From the NCBI GenBank assembly GCA_963832495.1, contig CAWHUF010000007.1, positions 21,821-85,820 of the forward strand: a stretch of 64,000 nt of DNA. The letters are read 5' to 3'. How positions within the stretch are numbered: position 1 is the first letter of the stretch; the number at the start of each line of letters is the position of its first letter. Below, piece by piece: positions 18,845 through 29,145 of this stretch. Under the pieces are notes generated by a model. That model was not told the DNA's origin. It ran no database searches and saw only the letters and a program-made list of their open reading frames with translations. This DNA is from an uncultured Acidobacteriota bacterium (GTDB taxonomy: Bacteria > Acidobacteriota > Thermoanaerobaculia > Multivoradales > UBA5704). The position numbers and the translations under genes are program-made.

Positions 18845-18954
18845 CCGCCCGGGCATAAATGCCCGGGCTATGCGAAAAGAGCCGGCTGAAGCCGACTCCT
18901 CGAGTCCCCTTCAGGGGGCTCTTTTGGGTAGCCCGGGCATTTATGCCCGGGCGG
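18845..18954. repeat. REP-like composite palindrome
   Basis: Perfect 26-bp inverted arms (18845-18870 and 18929-18954), each internally palindromic (CCCGGGCATAAATGCCCGGG), plus an inner AAAAGAGCC/GGCTCTTTT pair. Confidence 0.85.
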
Positions 18955-18973
18955 AGATGCGGGATTCCTCGCA

Positions 18974-20465
18974 ATGACCGCCATGACTGACGCCACCCTG
19001 ATCGCGACGCTGTCGGCGTCCCCGAACGGCGAGCTGTCGTCCCTGCCGAAGGCGGTATGTGCGCTGGAGGTGCGGGCGGACCTCGCGGGCGACCTGAATC
19101 CGGAGGGTCTGCGCAACCGTTTTTCCGGCGAGTTGATCTACAGCCTGCGCGGCCGGGCCGAGGGCGGCGCCTTCGAGGGTTCTCCCGAAGAGCGCCGCCG
19201 GCGGCTGGCCCGGGCGGCCGAGAATTTCGACCTGGTGGAGCTCGGGGCGGACGACCTCGATCCCCAGACCCTGGCCGCCGTGCCTTCCGGCCGCCGGCTG
19301 ATCTCGTGGCATGGCCCCTCGGCCGGCCTCGACGGGCTGACGGAGCGCTGGGCGCGGCTGTCCTCGGCCGAGGCCCGGCTCTACCGGCTGGCTCCCCAAG
19401 CTGCGCGGCCGGAGGAGGGCCTGGCGCCTCTGCGGCTCCTGAAGGGCCTGGACCGGCGCGACGTGCTCGCCTACGCCACGGGCCCGGCGGGAACGTGGAC
19501 GCGGGTGCTGGCCCCCCGGCTGGGCGCACCGGTCGTCGTGGGTTCGCTCCTGGGGGACAATCGTGGAGACGGTGAGCCCACGGTCTCCCAACTCATGTCG
19601 GACTACGGGCTGCCGGGCCTGCCGCCGGTGCGAAGATCTGTTCGGCATCGTGGGCCGCACGGCCGGCAAGTCCCTGTCGCCGCGCCTGCACAACGCCGCC
19701 TACCGCGCGCTGGGGATGGAGGCGCTGTATCTGCCCTTCATCGCGGAGGGCTTCGACCGGGTTCTGGCAGGACGTGGTGGCGGGGCTGGACAGCCTGGGC
19801 TGGCCCCTGGGAGGGCTCACCGTGACCTCTCCGCACAAGGAGGAGGCGCTGGCCACGGCCAGCGGCGCGAGCGTGCTGGCGCGGCAGGCCGGCTCGGCGA
19901 ACACCCTGCTGCGCAGGAACGGCTCCTGGCTTGCCGATACGGCCGATGCCGAGGGAGTCGTCCGGGTGCTGGCTCAGAAGCGCGTGCCACTCGCCGGGAG
20001 GAAGACGGCGGTGGTGGGCTGCGGCGGCGCCGGGCGGGCCGCGGCGGCCGGCCTGAAGCAGGCCGGAGCCGAGGTGACCCTGGTCAATCGCGGGACGGAG
20101 CGGGGCGCCTACGCCGCCCGCCTGCTGGGCCTGCCGTTCGTGCCGCTCGCCGGAGTCTCCGACGCGAGAGATTTCTTCCTGGTGGTGCATGCCACGCCCC
20201 TGACTTCCGAGAGCCCGTTCCCGGTGGCGGAGCTGCGCGCCGGACGGCGTGGTGGTGGAGCTGCGTCTACGGTCCCTCTCCAACGCCGCTGATGACGGCG
20301 GCCCGGGAGCGCGGGGGCGTGGCCATCGACGGCCGCGAGGTGCTGCTGGTGGAGGCCCGCCGCCAGTTCCGGATGATGACGGGGCGGAGCATGCCGGCCG
20401 GCCCGGCGCGGGCCCTTATTGGAGGCCCCGGGAGGCCCGGAAGCCCGGAGGTGCGGCCGTGCTAG
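18974..20465 (+). CDS. Type I dehydroquinase-shikimate dehydrogenase (AroD-AroE) fusion, frameshifted
   Basis: LEVRADL, YSLR..EGG, ISWH; then KSLSPRLHN, VTSPHKE, SANTL, VVGCGGAGRA, IDGREVL..QF across ORFs 18974, 19563 and 19774. Confidence 0.75.
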
Positions 20466-20497
20466 CATCTGCGGCACCGGCAGCGAGCCCTCCCACG

Positions 20498-21670
20498 ATG
20501 AATCCCGTCGACCGCGTCCGAGATCTGGCCCGCGAGAAGATCGCGCCGCGCGCCGCCCAGTACGACCGGACGGCCACGTTTCCCGCCGAAGACTTCGACG
20601 ACCTGTTCGCCGCCGGCCTGCACGCGCCGACGGTTCCCGACGAGCACGGCGGCCTCGGGCCTCGGCCCCCTGCGCGGCGACGCCTTCACGCTCTGGATGA
20701 TGACCAAGGAGATCGCCAAGGCCGACCTGTCCCTGGCCCGCTGCTGGGAGGGGCACGCCAACTCGCTGGTGCTGCTCGACGCCATGGCGGCTCGACGAGC
20801 AGAAGCGGCGCTGGTTCCGGGGCGTGGTCGAGCGCGGCGAGAAGTGGGTCGTCTGGAGCGGCGAGCCGCAGGCGCGGGCGCCCGGCGAGACGTCGCGCTT
20901 CGGCACCACCCTGACGCCGGTCGACGGCGGCTGGATCGTGGACGGCACCAAGGTGTTCTGCCACCAGCGCCGGCGGCGCGCGACTGGGCGATCCTGCTGG
21001 TCAACTCCGCCGGCCCGGGCGGCGCCCGCCACACCACGCTCGCCCGAGACGCTGCTGATGCTGGCCTGCGACCTCGCCGATCCCAGCGTCGAGGTCGACG
21101 GCTCGTGGTGGGACCCGATCGGCATGCGCGCCACGGTCTCGCACCTGGTCCGCTTCCAGCGGACCTTCATCCCCGACGAGAACCGCATCGGCGAGCCGGG
21201 CCAGTACCTCGCGGACGACTGGCAGACCGCCTTCGCGCCCGCACTACGCGGCGAGCTTCCTCGGCGCCGCCGAGGCGGCCTACGAGTACGCGCTGGAGTA
21301 CCTGACCACCCAGGGCAAGACGGGCGATCCCTACGTGCAGCAGCACGTCGCCCGCATGTCGATCCACGTCGAGACGGCGCACCTCTGGCTGCGCCACGTG
21401 GCGCGAGCTGTGGGACGACGGGCCGGCGGCAGGAGGCGCAGATCGCCGGCAGCCGCGTCCGCCACGTGGTGGAGCACCTGGCGGAGGAGACGGTCGAGCA
21501 CGCCATCCGCGCCTGCGGCGCGCGGTCGCTGATCCGTCCGAGCCCGCTCGAGCGCATCCTGCGCGACCTGTCGTTCTACATCCGCCACGACAACGACGAC
21601 CAGGTGCTGGCCACGATCGGCCGGGCGGTGCTCGGGCCAGCCGTTCGACGCCTCGTTCTACAAGCCCTGA
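20498..21670 (+). CDS. Acyl-CoA dehydrogenase-family / flavin-dependent monooxygenase (DszC/SfnB-like), frameshifted
   Basis: IAPRAAQYDRTATFP, VPDEHGGLG, DGTKVFC, WDPIGMRATVS, CGARSL..LERILRD across several frames. Confidence 0.75.
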
Positions 21671-21680
21671 GGGTTTCCGG

Positions 21681-22445
21681 ATGGACAGCATCCTGCACCG
21701 GGCCACAGCCGCCGATGTCATGGACGATCCCTTTCCCCACCTGGTGCTGGAGGAGGCGCTGGACCCGGAGCTGTACCGGGATCTGGCGCGGCAGTTCCCC
21801 TCCCCCGAGGTGATCCTGGGAGGGCGCACGCGGGCCGGCAACAGCTACGCCCATCTCCACGCCTCCCAGGCCCTGGACAACCCCGGCGTGAGCCCGCTCT
21901 GGCGCGACTTCATCGCCCGCCACGTGTCGCCGCGGTTCTTCGCCGAGGTGGTCCATCTCTTCGGCGGCCGCATCCGCGCGCTCCATCCCCACCTCGAAGG
22001 GGCTGTGGGCCGGCGGCTGGAGGAGATGGCGACCGGAGTGCGCTTCCGCGACGAGGGGTGGGACGCGGGCCTGGAGTGCCAGCCCACGTGCTGCACGCCG
22101 GTGGACGAGCCGTCCCGCTCCATCGGCCCCCACGTGGACCGGGAGGTGGCCCTCTACGCGGGCCTGCTCTACTTCCGGCGGGAGGACGACGACTCGACGG
22201 GAGGAGACCTGGAGATCTACCGCTTCAAGGGGAGCCGCCGGGAGTACGGGGAGCGGCGGAGCGTGCCGGAAGAGCTGGTGGAGAAGGTGAAGACCGTCCC
22301 CTACCGGCCGAACACGCTCGTCTTCTTCCTGCACTCCCCCGAGTCGGTGCATGCGGTCTCGGAGCGGTCCCGCACCTCGCACCCCCGGCTGCACGTGAAC
22401 TTCGTGGCGGTCTCGCACCCGCGTCTTCGAGGCCGCTCCTCAGCG
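21681..22445 (+). CDS. 2OG-Fe(II) oxygenase family protein (3' end uncertain)
   Basis: DPFPHLVLEEAL, GPHVD, LLYF, GGDLEIY, PNTLVFF..SVHAV..R; the ORF reads on into the opposite-strand gene. Confidence 0.7.
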
Positions 22446-22862
22446 GTAGAAGAACTCGCGGGTGAAGTAGCTGGACCGGCCGCTGGCGTCGGTGAATTCG
22501 TTGAAGCTCGCCACCACCAGCACGCCCTGCTTGACGTTGGCCTGGAGGTGGACCCGCTGGAAGCCGAAGTCATAGAGGGCGCTGAAGGCCATGACCTCGC
22601 GGGAGCCGGCGTTGTAGGCGAAGGGCTCGGCCGGGATCTCGCCCCAGTCGATGGGCGATCCGCCGTTCGCTCCGGAGACCCGGACCGTGAAGCGTCCGGT
22701 GTCCGCGGCCAGCACGATCCGTGCGATCCCGCGCACCCGCGGGTTGGTGTTGATCCAGGTGCCCAGCAGGGGGGCGGGGTCCAGCGTCCCCGGCCCGGGT
22801 TGGGGAGTGTCGTAAGGGAGGTCCTCGGCGCGCGACCAGGGCAGGCTCGTCGTCATCGTCAT
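22440..22862 (-). CDS. Hypothetical beta-barrel-like protein (paralog A)
   Basis: LLGTWINTN..DWGE..YDFGF..LQAN..GRSSYFTREFF. Confidence 0.75.
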   Translation of the reverse strand: MTMTTSLPWSRAEDLPYDTPQPGPGTLDPAPLLGTWINTNPRVRGIARIVLAADTGRFTVRVSGANGGSPIDWGEIPAEPFAYNAGSREVMAFSALYDFGFQRVHLQANVKQGVLVVASFNEFTDASGRSSYFTREFFYR

Positions 22863-22873
22863 CGTCAGTCGCC

Positions 22874-23317
22874 TCAGCGGTGGTAGAACTCGCGGGAGAA
22901 GTAGCTGGACCGGCCGCTGCCGTCCTTGAAGGTGTTGAAGCCCGCCACCACCAGCAGGCCGAGGTTCATGTTGGCCTGCAGGTGGCTCTCCAGGAAGCCG
23001 AAGTCATAGCGGGCCGTGAAGGACATGACGTTGTCCGACGCGAGGCCGTCGGTGAAGATCCGCTCCGCGTCCACCTCGCCCCAGTCCTTTTCGGCCTCGC
23101 CACCCCCCTCGGTCATCCCGGCTCCGAAGGCGCGCACGGTCAGGACGCCGTCCCGGGAGCCGAGGACGAACCGCACGATGCCCCGCGAATCGGGGTTGGT
23201 GTTGATCCAGTGGCCCAGCAGGGGGGACACGTCCAGGGGACCCGATGCGGGAGCCGCGCGAGCCGCGTCCACCCGGTCCGCCTCTCTCATGAAGCGCAGG
23301 TCGGTCAAGAAGCCCAT
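22874..23317 (-). CDS. Hypothetical beta-barrel-like protein (paralog B)
   Basis: MGFLTDLRF..LLGHWINTN..DWGE..YDFGF..LQAN..GRSSYFSREFY; clearly homologous to the neighbour. Confidence 0.75.
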   Translation of the reverse strand: MGFLTDLRFMREADRVDAARAAPASGPLDVSPLLGHWINTNPDSRGIVRFVLGSRDGVLTVRAFGAGMTEGGGEAEKDWGEVDAERIFTDGLASDNVMSFTARYDFGFLESHLQANMNLGLLVVAGFNTFKDGSGRSSYFSREFYHR

Positions 23318-24444
23318 CCTCCTTCTGATCGGGGTTCCTCGGCGGGGGCCGGCGCCAGCCCTTCGCGCTCGCGCACAAGGGGCAGCACCTCCCGGCCGAA
23401 GAAGGTCATCTGCTCGTAATCGGGCCAGCCCATGAACAGGAACTGGGAGACGCCCACGGCTTTGTACTCCAGGATGGCCCCGGCCACGTCCTCCGCCGAT
23501 CCCACCAGGGCGATGGCGGGGGCGCCGAGGTAGGGCACGGCCCCGGTCCACAGCCACGGGGTCTTCCACGGCGAGTCCTCGCTGGCGAGCTCGTAGGTGG
23601 AGCGGAAGGCCACGGAGTCGGAGCGGTTGGCGAAGGTCTGGTGCACGGCCAGGGCCTCGGCGCCGGCCGACTCCAGGATCCCGGAGGCCGCGGCGAGGGC
23701 CTCCTCCCGGGTGGGCCGGGCGATCATCGACACCAGGAGGCCGACCTCCGTGCCCCCGTCCAGGAGCGGCCGGATGCGCGGCGCCATCCGCTCCGGCGCC
23801 TCGGGCAGGCGCAGCAGGCAGGAGGCGTGGCGCGCGGCCAGGCGCTCGGCGCTGTCCGAGTTGCCGCCCAGGAAGATCTCGGGCGCCGTGCGGCCGTTCG
23901 CGGAAAAGGGCGTGTTGAGCTTGGCGCCTTCGACCCGGTAGTGCCGGCCCTGAAAGGTCACCTCGCCCTCCCGCCAGAGGCCGTGGCAGATGGACCAGAA
24001 CTCGTCCGTGCGCTCGTAGCGTTCGTCGTGGTCCAGGAAGTCGCCGTAGAACTTCTGCTCGTGGGGGGAGTGGCCGGCCACGATGTTGATCGCGACCCGC
24101 CCGCCGGTCAGCAGCGAGAGCGTGTTGATCTGCTGCACGAAGGCGGTGGGGGAGCAGATCCCGGAGCGGCTGGCGATGAGGAACTTGATCTTCTCGGTGC
24201 GCAGGCCCAGGGCGGTGCTGAGGACGATGGGGTCGGGCCGGTGGAAGCCGAACGCCATGAGCAGCGATTCGATGCCGCACTCCTCGGCGCGGCGGCAGAA
24301 GAGGGCCAGGCCGTCCAGGTCGGGAGCGCCCGACTGCGCGGCCCGCGCCTTGGCCCCGCGCAGCTTTTCGCCCGCCGAGGAGAGGCTCCAGTGAAAGCGC
24401 AGCGGCCTTGCCGGTTCCAGCGGTTCCAAGTTGATGGCTCTCAC
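23305..24444 (-). CDS. LLM-class flavin-dependent oxidoreductase (SsuD-like)
   Basis: AEECGIESLL, GGRVAINIVAG, HDERYERTDEF, FQGRHYRVE, PEIFLGGNS, LVGSAEDVA. Confidence 0.88.
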   Translation of the reverse strand: MRAINLEPLEPARPLRFHWSLSSAGEKLRGAKARAAQSGAPDLDGLALFCRRAEECGIESLLMAFGFHRPDPIVLSTALGLRTEKIKFLIASRSGICSPTAFVQQINTLSLLTGGRVAINIVAGHSPHEQKFYGDFLDHDERYERTDEFWSICHGLWREGEVTFQGRHYRVEGAKLNTPFSANGRTAPEIFLGGNSDSAERLAARHASCLLRLPEAPERMAPRIRPLLDGGTEVGLLVSMIARPTREEALAAASGILESAGAEALAVHQTFANRSDSVAFRSTYELASEDSPWKTPWLWTGAVPYLGAPAIALVGSAEDVAGAILEYKAVGVSQFLFMGWPDYEQMTFFGREVLPLVREREGLAPAPAEEPRSEGGWAS

Positions 24445-24518
24445 GTTTTCAGGTTCTCGCGAACGATAGCACAGAGCCGGATGGGCTGCGGTAGGATAGG
24501 GCCTTCAGAGGATTGAGA

Positions 24519-25225
24519 ATGCGGATCGACGAGCGGACGGCGGTGATCGTGTGTGCCGGTCCTTCCCTGGACCGGCTGTCGGCCCAGGCCTGGAACGAAG
24601 TCCAGGGCGCCGGGGCCGTGGTCTCGGTGAACGGCGCCCTCATGGCCGCGGCTTGCGAGGCCCATGGCGTGCGGTTCACCCACGTGGCGGCCATGCGGGC
24701 CGGCAACCACCTGGAGGAGACAATCCCCGGGTTCGTCGACCGCTGGGCCGGCATCCCGGCCTGGCGCCTCACCCAGGAGGCGGAGCGCGAGGAGGTGGAG
24801 GCGGAGACCTACGTGCGCCGGGTGCTGGAGTGGAGCGACGATCCGGCGGGCGGGCTGTTCGGCGGCAGCTCGGCCATGGCCATGGGCAACTGGCTGCACA
24901 ACGACTGGCCGCGCGACGCGGAGGCCTGGAGCGGCTCGAGCGCATCGCCGCCCGCACGGGCAAGGTGATCCCCCGCCGGGGCTACCGCAGCTTCGTCTTC
25001 CTGGGGCTCGACATGATCCCCGGCCAGGGGGGGCACGCGGCGGGGGCCGGCAGCCACCGGAGCGGCTTCACGGACGATCCCGGCCGCGACGGCCGCGTGC
25101 GCGACGGCTGGCGGCGTTTCTACGAGGCTGCTTCGGCCCGCGGGTCGCGCGTCGTCAACCTGTCGCCCGGCACGGGGCTGCGCACGATCCCCCACGAGGA
25201 GCCGCCCGCGGGCTGGCTGCTGTAA
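24519..25225 (+). CDS. MptE/DUF115-like (glycan-modification-associated) protein, frameshift near 24930
   Basis: AVIVCAGPSL..SVN..; FVFLGLDM..VVNLS in ORF 24551..25225. Confidence 0.55.
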
Positions 25226-25230
25226 CTCCT

Positions 25231-25941
25231 ATGGAAGACCTCAACGTCGTTTGCCTGAAGTGGGGGACGAAGTTCCCCCCGGAGTACGTCAACAACCTCT
25301 ACCGCGGGGTGCGCCGCCACCTCACGGTTCCGCACCGGTTCGTCTGCCTCACCGACGATCCCGAGGGCCTCGATCCGGGGGTGGAGGTCAGGCCGCTGCT
25401 GGAGGACCTGCCGGGCTGGTGGAACAAGCTCGCCCTGTTCAAACCCCGGCTCCACGACCTCACCGGCACGGTGCTCTTCTTCGATCTCGACATGATCGTC
25501 ATCCGCAACATCGACGCCCTGGCCCGGTATCCGGGCGAGTTCCTGGCCATCCTGGCCACTCAGGGCGAGACGGAGTACTGGTCGGGCCTGTTGCGGTTCC
25601 CCGTGGGCCGCTACTCCCAGCTGTGGGAGCAGTTCGAGCCGCGAAAGGAGGAGGTCATCCGGGAGATCGTCGGCGATCAGGACTGGATCAACGCCTGTGC
25701 CGGCAACCGGCACGCGCAGGGGGTACGGAGCCGGAGGGCGCGGCTCCTGTGGCCCGAGGTCACTCCTGAGAGCAGCCTGATCGAGCCGCTGCCCCGCAAC
25801 TGGTTCTCCAGCTACAAGAGAGACCTCAAGGGGCGGGAGGACCGGCTGTCGCGGGACACCCGGGTGATCGTCTTCCACGGCGTGCCCATGGTCCACGAGG
25901 TGGACTGGGTGGGGAAGTACTGGCGGGGAAAAGCCGGATGA
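25231..25941 (+). CDS. GT-A fold glycosyltransferase
   Basis: VVCLKWGTKF..YVNNL..FVCLTDD..WWNKL..LFFDLD..GDQDWI..IVFHG. Confidence 0.75.
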   Translation: MEDLNVVCLKWGTKFPPEYVNNLYRGVRRHLTVPHRFVCLTDDPEGLDPGVEVRPLLEDLPGWWNKLALFKPRLHDLTGTVLFFDLDMIVIRNIDALARYPGEFLAILATQGETEYWSGLLRFPVGRYSQLWEQFEPRKEEVIREIVGDQDWINACAGNRHAQGVRSRRARLLWPEVTPESSLIEPLPRNWFSSYKRDLKGREDRLSRDTRVIVFHGVPMVHEVDWVGKYWRGKAG

Positions 25942-26828
25942 AGCTGGCCGGCACCATGGTGGCGAGGAACGAGCGCTGGGTGCTCGGGCTCTCCCTGCGC
26001 GCGGCCCTGCTGGCCGCCGACGAGATGATCCTCCTCGATCACGCCTCGACGGACGGCACGGCGGACCTGGTGGGGCGCATCGCGGAGGAGCACCCGGGGC
26101 GCGTCCACTTCCTGCGGGAGGAGGACCCGGTGTGGCACGAGCGGGAGATCCGCCAGCGGCTCCTGGAGGCCGCGCGGGCCCGGGGGGCCACCCACCTGAT
26201 CTCCCTCGACGCCGACGAGGTCATCACCGGCAACCTCCTTCCCTCCCTGCGCGGGCTCTTCGCCTCCCTCGCGCCGGGCGAGGCCCTGCGCCTGCCGTGG
26301 CTGGCCCTGTGGCGGAGCCTGGACCGCTACCGCGACGACGAGGACCGGCTGTCCCGGATCGTCCGCGACCTGGGCTACCGCGACTCCCCGGACCTCCATT
26401 GCGCCTCGCGGGTCGAGGGGTACGACATCCACTGCCGGGAGCTCAAGGGCACCTCCGGCCAGCGTGAGCCGCTCGCCTCCATGGCGGAGGGGGGCGTGTT
26501 CCACCTGGCGTTCGCCAGCCTGCGCCGGCACCGGAGCAAGCTGGCCTGGTACAAGATGATCGAGACCCTCCGCTTCTCCTGGCGCTTCACGCCCGAGCAG
26601 CTCAACGACCGCTACGACCGCTTCCTCAACGAGCAGGGGCTGCGCACCTCGCCCGTGGACCCCGCCTGGTGGGCTCCCTATGCCTCCTGGCTGGGCGAGC
26701 TCGATCTCGAAGGCGAGGGCTGGCACGGCGAGGAGTGCCGGCGCCTCTGGACGGAGCACGGGATGGAACCCTTCGCCGGGCTCGAGCTGTGGGATATACT
26801 GAATCAATCGAGTCCCAGTCTGGCTTGA
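25938..26828 (+). CDS. Glycosyltransferase family 2
   Basis: ARNE..DHASTDGT..SLDADE. Confidence 0.8.
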   Translation: MKLAGTMVARNERWVLGLSLRAALLAADEMILLDHASTDGTADLVGRIAEEHPGRVHFLREEDPVWHEREIRQRLLEAARARGATHLISLDADEVITGNLLPSLRGLFASLAPGEALRLPWLALWRSLDRYRDDEDRLSRIVRDLGYRDSPDLHCASRVEGYDIHCRELKGTSGQREPLASMAEGGVFHLAFASLRRHRSKLAWYKMIETLRFSWRFTPEQLNDRYDRFLNEQGLRTSPVDPAWWAPYASWLGELDLEGEGWHGEECRRLWTEHGMEPFAGLELWDILNQSSPSLA

Positions 26829-26901
26829 AAGCGGCTTGAAAGCTGTCATTGGACCACGGCAGGGACCTCACCATCCGCAGCAATCCATAGGGAGGTATGT
26901 C

Positions 26902-27048
26902 ATGGCGGGACACGGAAATGTGGCAGGCTCCGCGGGGACGGTCAAAGTGGAGCTCAGCACCGAGACGGCCAAGGATCTCCTCCTGGCGCTCAGCCAGGCG
27001 CTCGGCATGACCTGCCAGCCGAAGAAGGACGGCGCGGTCAAGAAGTAG
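26902..27048 (+). CDS. Small 48-aa protein/peptide
   Basis: GGAGGT RBS at 26891 then MAGHGNVAGSAGTVKVELSTETAKDLLLALSQALGMTCQPKKDGAVKK; GC3-rich codons. Confidence 0.55.
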   Translation: MAGHGNVAGSAGTVKVELSTETAKDLLLALSQALGMTCQPKKDGAVKK

Positions 27049-27075
27049 GCTCTCCAGGATCCGGACAGACAAGGG

Positions 27076-29145
27076 ATGGGCGGGGCTCTGCGCAGCGCCG
27101 CGTCCGCCGAGGGGCTGAGTGACCGCGGTGACCGCGATCCTGCGGTCCTACTCCTGCTCCAGGAGGTCCGCGAGCATCCGGCGTACGATCGCGGCTTCGC
27201 GTCGCGGCTCCTGCACCGCGCCCGCGGCGGTGAGGGAGACGCCTGGGAGGTCCGCTGCCTGGCCGCCCTGATGCTCCAGGCGCAGGCCCTGCGGATCCCG
27301 GTTCGGGACCTCGGCGAATACGGCTTCCTCTTCCAGAGCCTGGGGATCGAAGGTTACCCGGGGGCTGATCCCCGGGACTTCGTCCGCCGGTTCCGGCGCC
27401 GCATCGGCCGGGCGGCCCCCCTCCTCTCCCGGCTCCGGGGCGAGGCCACGCCCACGGCGGTCTGGCGGGACGTCATCCGCCTCTCCCGCTCCGAGTGCCG
27501 GCTGCCCCTGGCTCGCTACCTGTTTACCCCCGAGGAGGTAGTGGCGCGGGTCCGCGGGCTGGTGAAGGTCTCCCGGGGCCTCGACTCCCCCTCCGCCATC
27601 GAGCCCGCCTGCGTCCTGTCGGAGGCCGGGCTCGCCCTCTCGCGCCTGCCGCCGTTCGAAGCGGAGATCGTGCGGCGGCTGTGCGAGCCGCCCGCCGTCT
27701 ATTGGGTCTCGGAGCGCACCCCCGCCGGCCCCCACGCGCTGGTGGAGCGCCCGCCGGGCACCGTGGTGCTGGTGGTGAAGCCGCCCGGGAGCGATCTCGA
27801 GATCGAGATCAAGAGGTGCGGCCTCCTGGAGGAGCGCCCCCTGAGGCTGGTCTTCCGCCGCAACGGCGCCGCGGTGCCCGTCCCCCACCGGCTGCAGGGC
27901 GGCAGCATGCTGCGCTCCCTCCACTGGGACGCCGGGTCCGCCGCCGTGCTCTCGCGGATCTACCGGCTGGTGCACGGCCGCGAGGCGCCCATCTCGCGGA
28001 CTCTCTCCATCAAGTCCATCTACTCCATCCCGTCCGGGGACCGCCTGTGGCACACCCTGGACTACTTCACGGAGCCGGACGCCTTCGGCGAGGGCTTCGC
28101 CCGCATGCGGGCCGCCATGGCGGAGGTGGTCAAGGCCTTCACCCGCGAGGACGGCGACAGCATCGCTCAAAGCATCGGCCACCTGCCGGGGGACTTGGGG
28201 CTGACGCTCCTGTTCACCTCCCAGGCCGCGCCGGGGCAGGCCATCCTCGCCGGCACGAGCGCGTTCCGGCTGGACCGGCTGGCCCGGTATTTATCAGGGA
28301 GAGGAGACGGCGAGCCTGCCTGGCCCGAAACCCGGGAAGCGGCGGACGGAATCCTGGAGGAGGTACTCGGGGCGTACGTGCCGCCGGAGAGCCGACACCG
28401 TGGCCACCAGAGCTACGTGCGGGCAGCCTTCGCCGTGCCCGCCAACCGCGCCGCCGCGGACCGCGCCTGGCGGGACGCGATGCGCGATCTGGGCACCCTC
28501 TGGGGGACCCTGCTGGCCATCCGCGGCTACTCGCGGGGCGAGTCCTTCGTGGGCCGGAACATGGGCCTGAAGAGCGCCTGGACGGGCTCCCGCTGGCGGG
28601 TGGGCCTCGTCTCCATGGACCACGACGCCCTGCGGGTGGACACCGGCCGGGACGGGGACTTCCGTCCCCTCAAGGCGCTCCGCGGCATGGAGGCTGACGA
28701 GCGCTTCATCCTCGGCCCCTGGAGCGACGGCCGGGCCGGCCGCGGCTCCGTGGGCTTCCTCCAGGACCTCTATCACGTCTCCGAAGAGGGCGGCGAAAAG
28801 GGGCGGTCGCTCCTGCGCCGGGAGCTGCGCCGGGCCTACCGGAAGACGCACGCCGCCCTGGCGCACGTCCCCGGTCTCAAAGAGCACTTCTGCCCCTCCT
28901 TCGTGGAACGGATCGGCGACTGGGACACCGTGGTGCGGGCGCGCCTGCGCGCCCTGGGGAACGGCTCCGGGAGCTCCTGGCAGGCCCGGATGCGGTCCTT
29001 CCTCGCCGGCCGGGGCTACACCCCGGAGCTCCTCGAAGAGCACCTGGAGGCCGCCGGCCGGTACGCGCCCCTGCTCTCCCGGCAGGCGTTCCTCTACGGC
29101 GTCAGGGGCGTGCTCCCCTTGAAGCGTGGAGAGGCCTCTCCATGA
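27076..29145 (+). CDS. Large hypothetical protein, possible kinase-like fold
   Basis: 689-aa ORF with EIEIKRCG, GGSMLRS, GESFVGRNMGL and VSMDHD (weak kinase/SelO-like spacing). Confidence 0.55.
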   Translation: MGGALRSAASAEGLSDRGDRDPAVLLLLQEVREHPAYDRGFASRLLHRARGGEGDAWEVRCLAALMLQAQALRIPVRDLGEYGFLFQSLGIEGYPGADPRDFVRRFRRRIGRAAPLLSRLRGEATPTAVWRDVIRLSRSECRLPLARYLFTPEEVVARVRGLVKVSRGLDSPSAIEPACVLSEAGLALSRLPPFEAEIVRRLCEPPAVYWVSERTPAGPHALVERPPGTVVLVVKPPGSDLEIEIKRCGLLEERPLRLVFRRNGAAVPVPHRLQGGSMLRSLHWDAGSAAVLSRIYRLVHGREAPISRTLSIKSIYSIPSGDRLWHTLDYFTEPDAFGEGFARMRAAMAEVVKAFTREDGDSIAQSIGHLPGDLGLTLLFTSQAAPGQAILAGTSAFRLDRLARYLSGRGDGEPAWPETREAADGILEEVLGAYVPPESRHRGHQSYVRAAFAVPANRAAADRAWRDAMRDLGTLWGTLLAIRGYSRGESFVGRNMGLKSAWTGSRWRVGLVSMDHDALRVDTGRDGDFRPLKALRGMEADERFILGPWSDGRAGRGSVGFLQDLYHVSEEGGEKGRSLLRRELRRAYRKTHAALAHVPGLKEHFCPSFVERIGDWDTVVRARLRALGNGSGSSWQARMRSFLAGRGYTPELLEEHLEAAGRYAPLLSRQAFLYGVRGVLPLKRGEASP

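Noticed and set aside
21681-22886. Genuine 450-nt antisense overlap of the 2OG oxygenase with the paralog gene
   Set aside because: The oxygenase domain ends near 22410; the read-through is more simply a lost stop or an indel.
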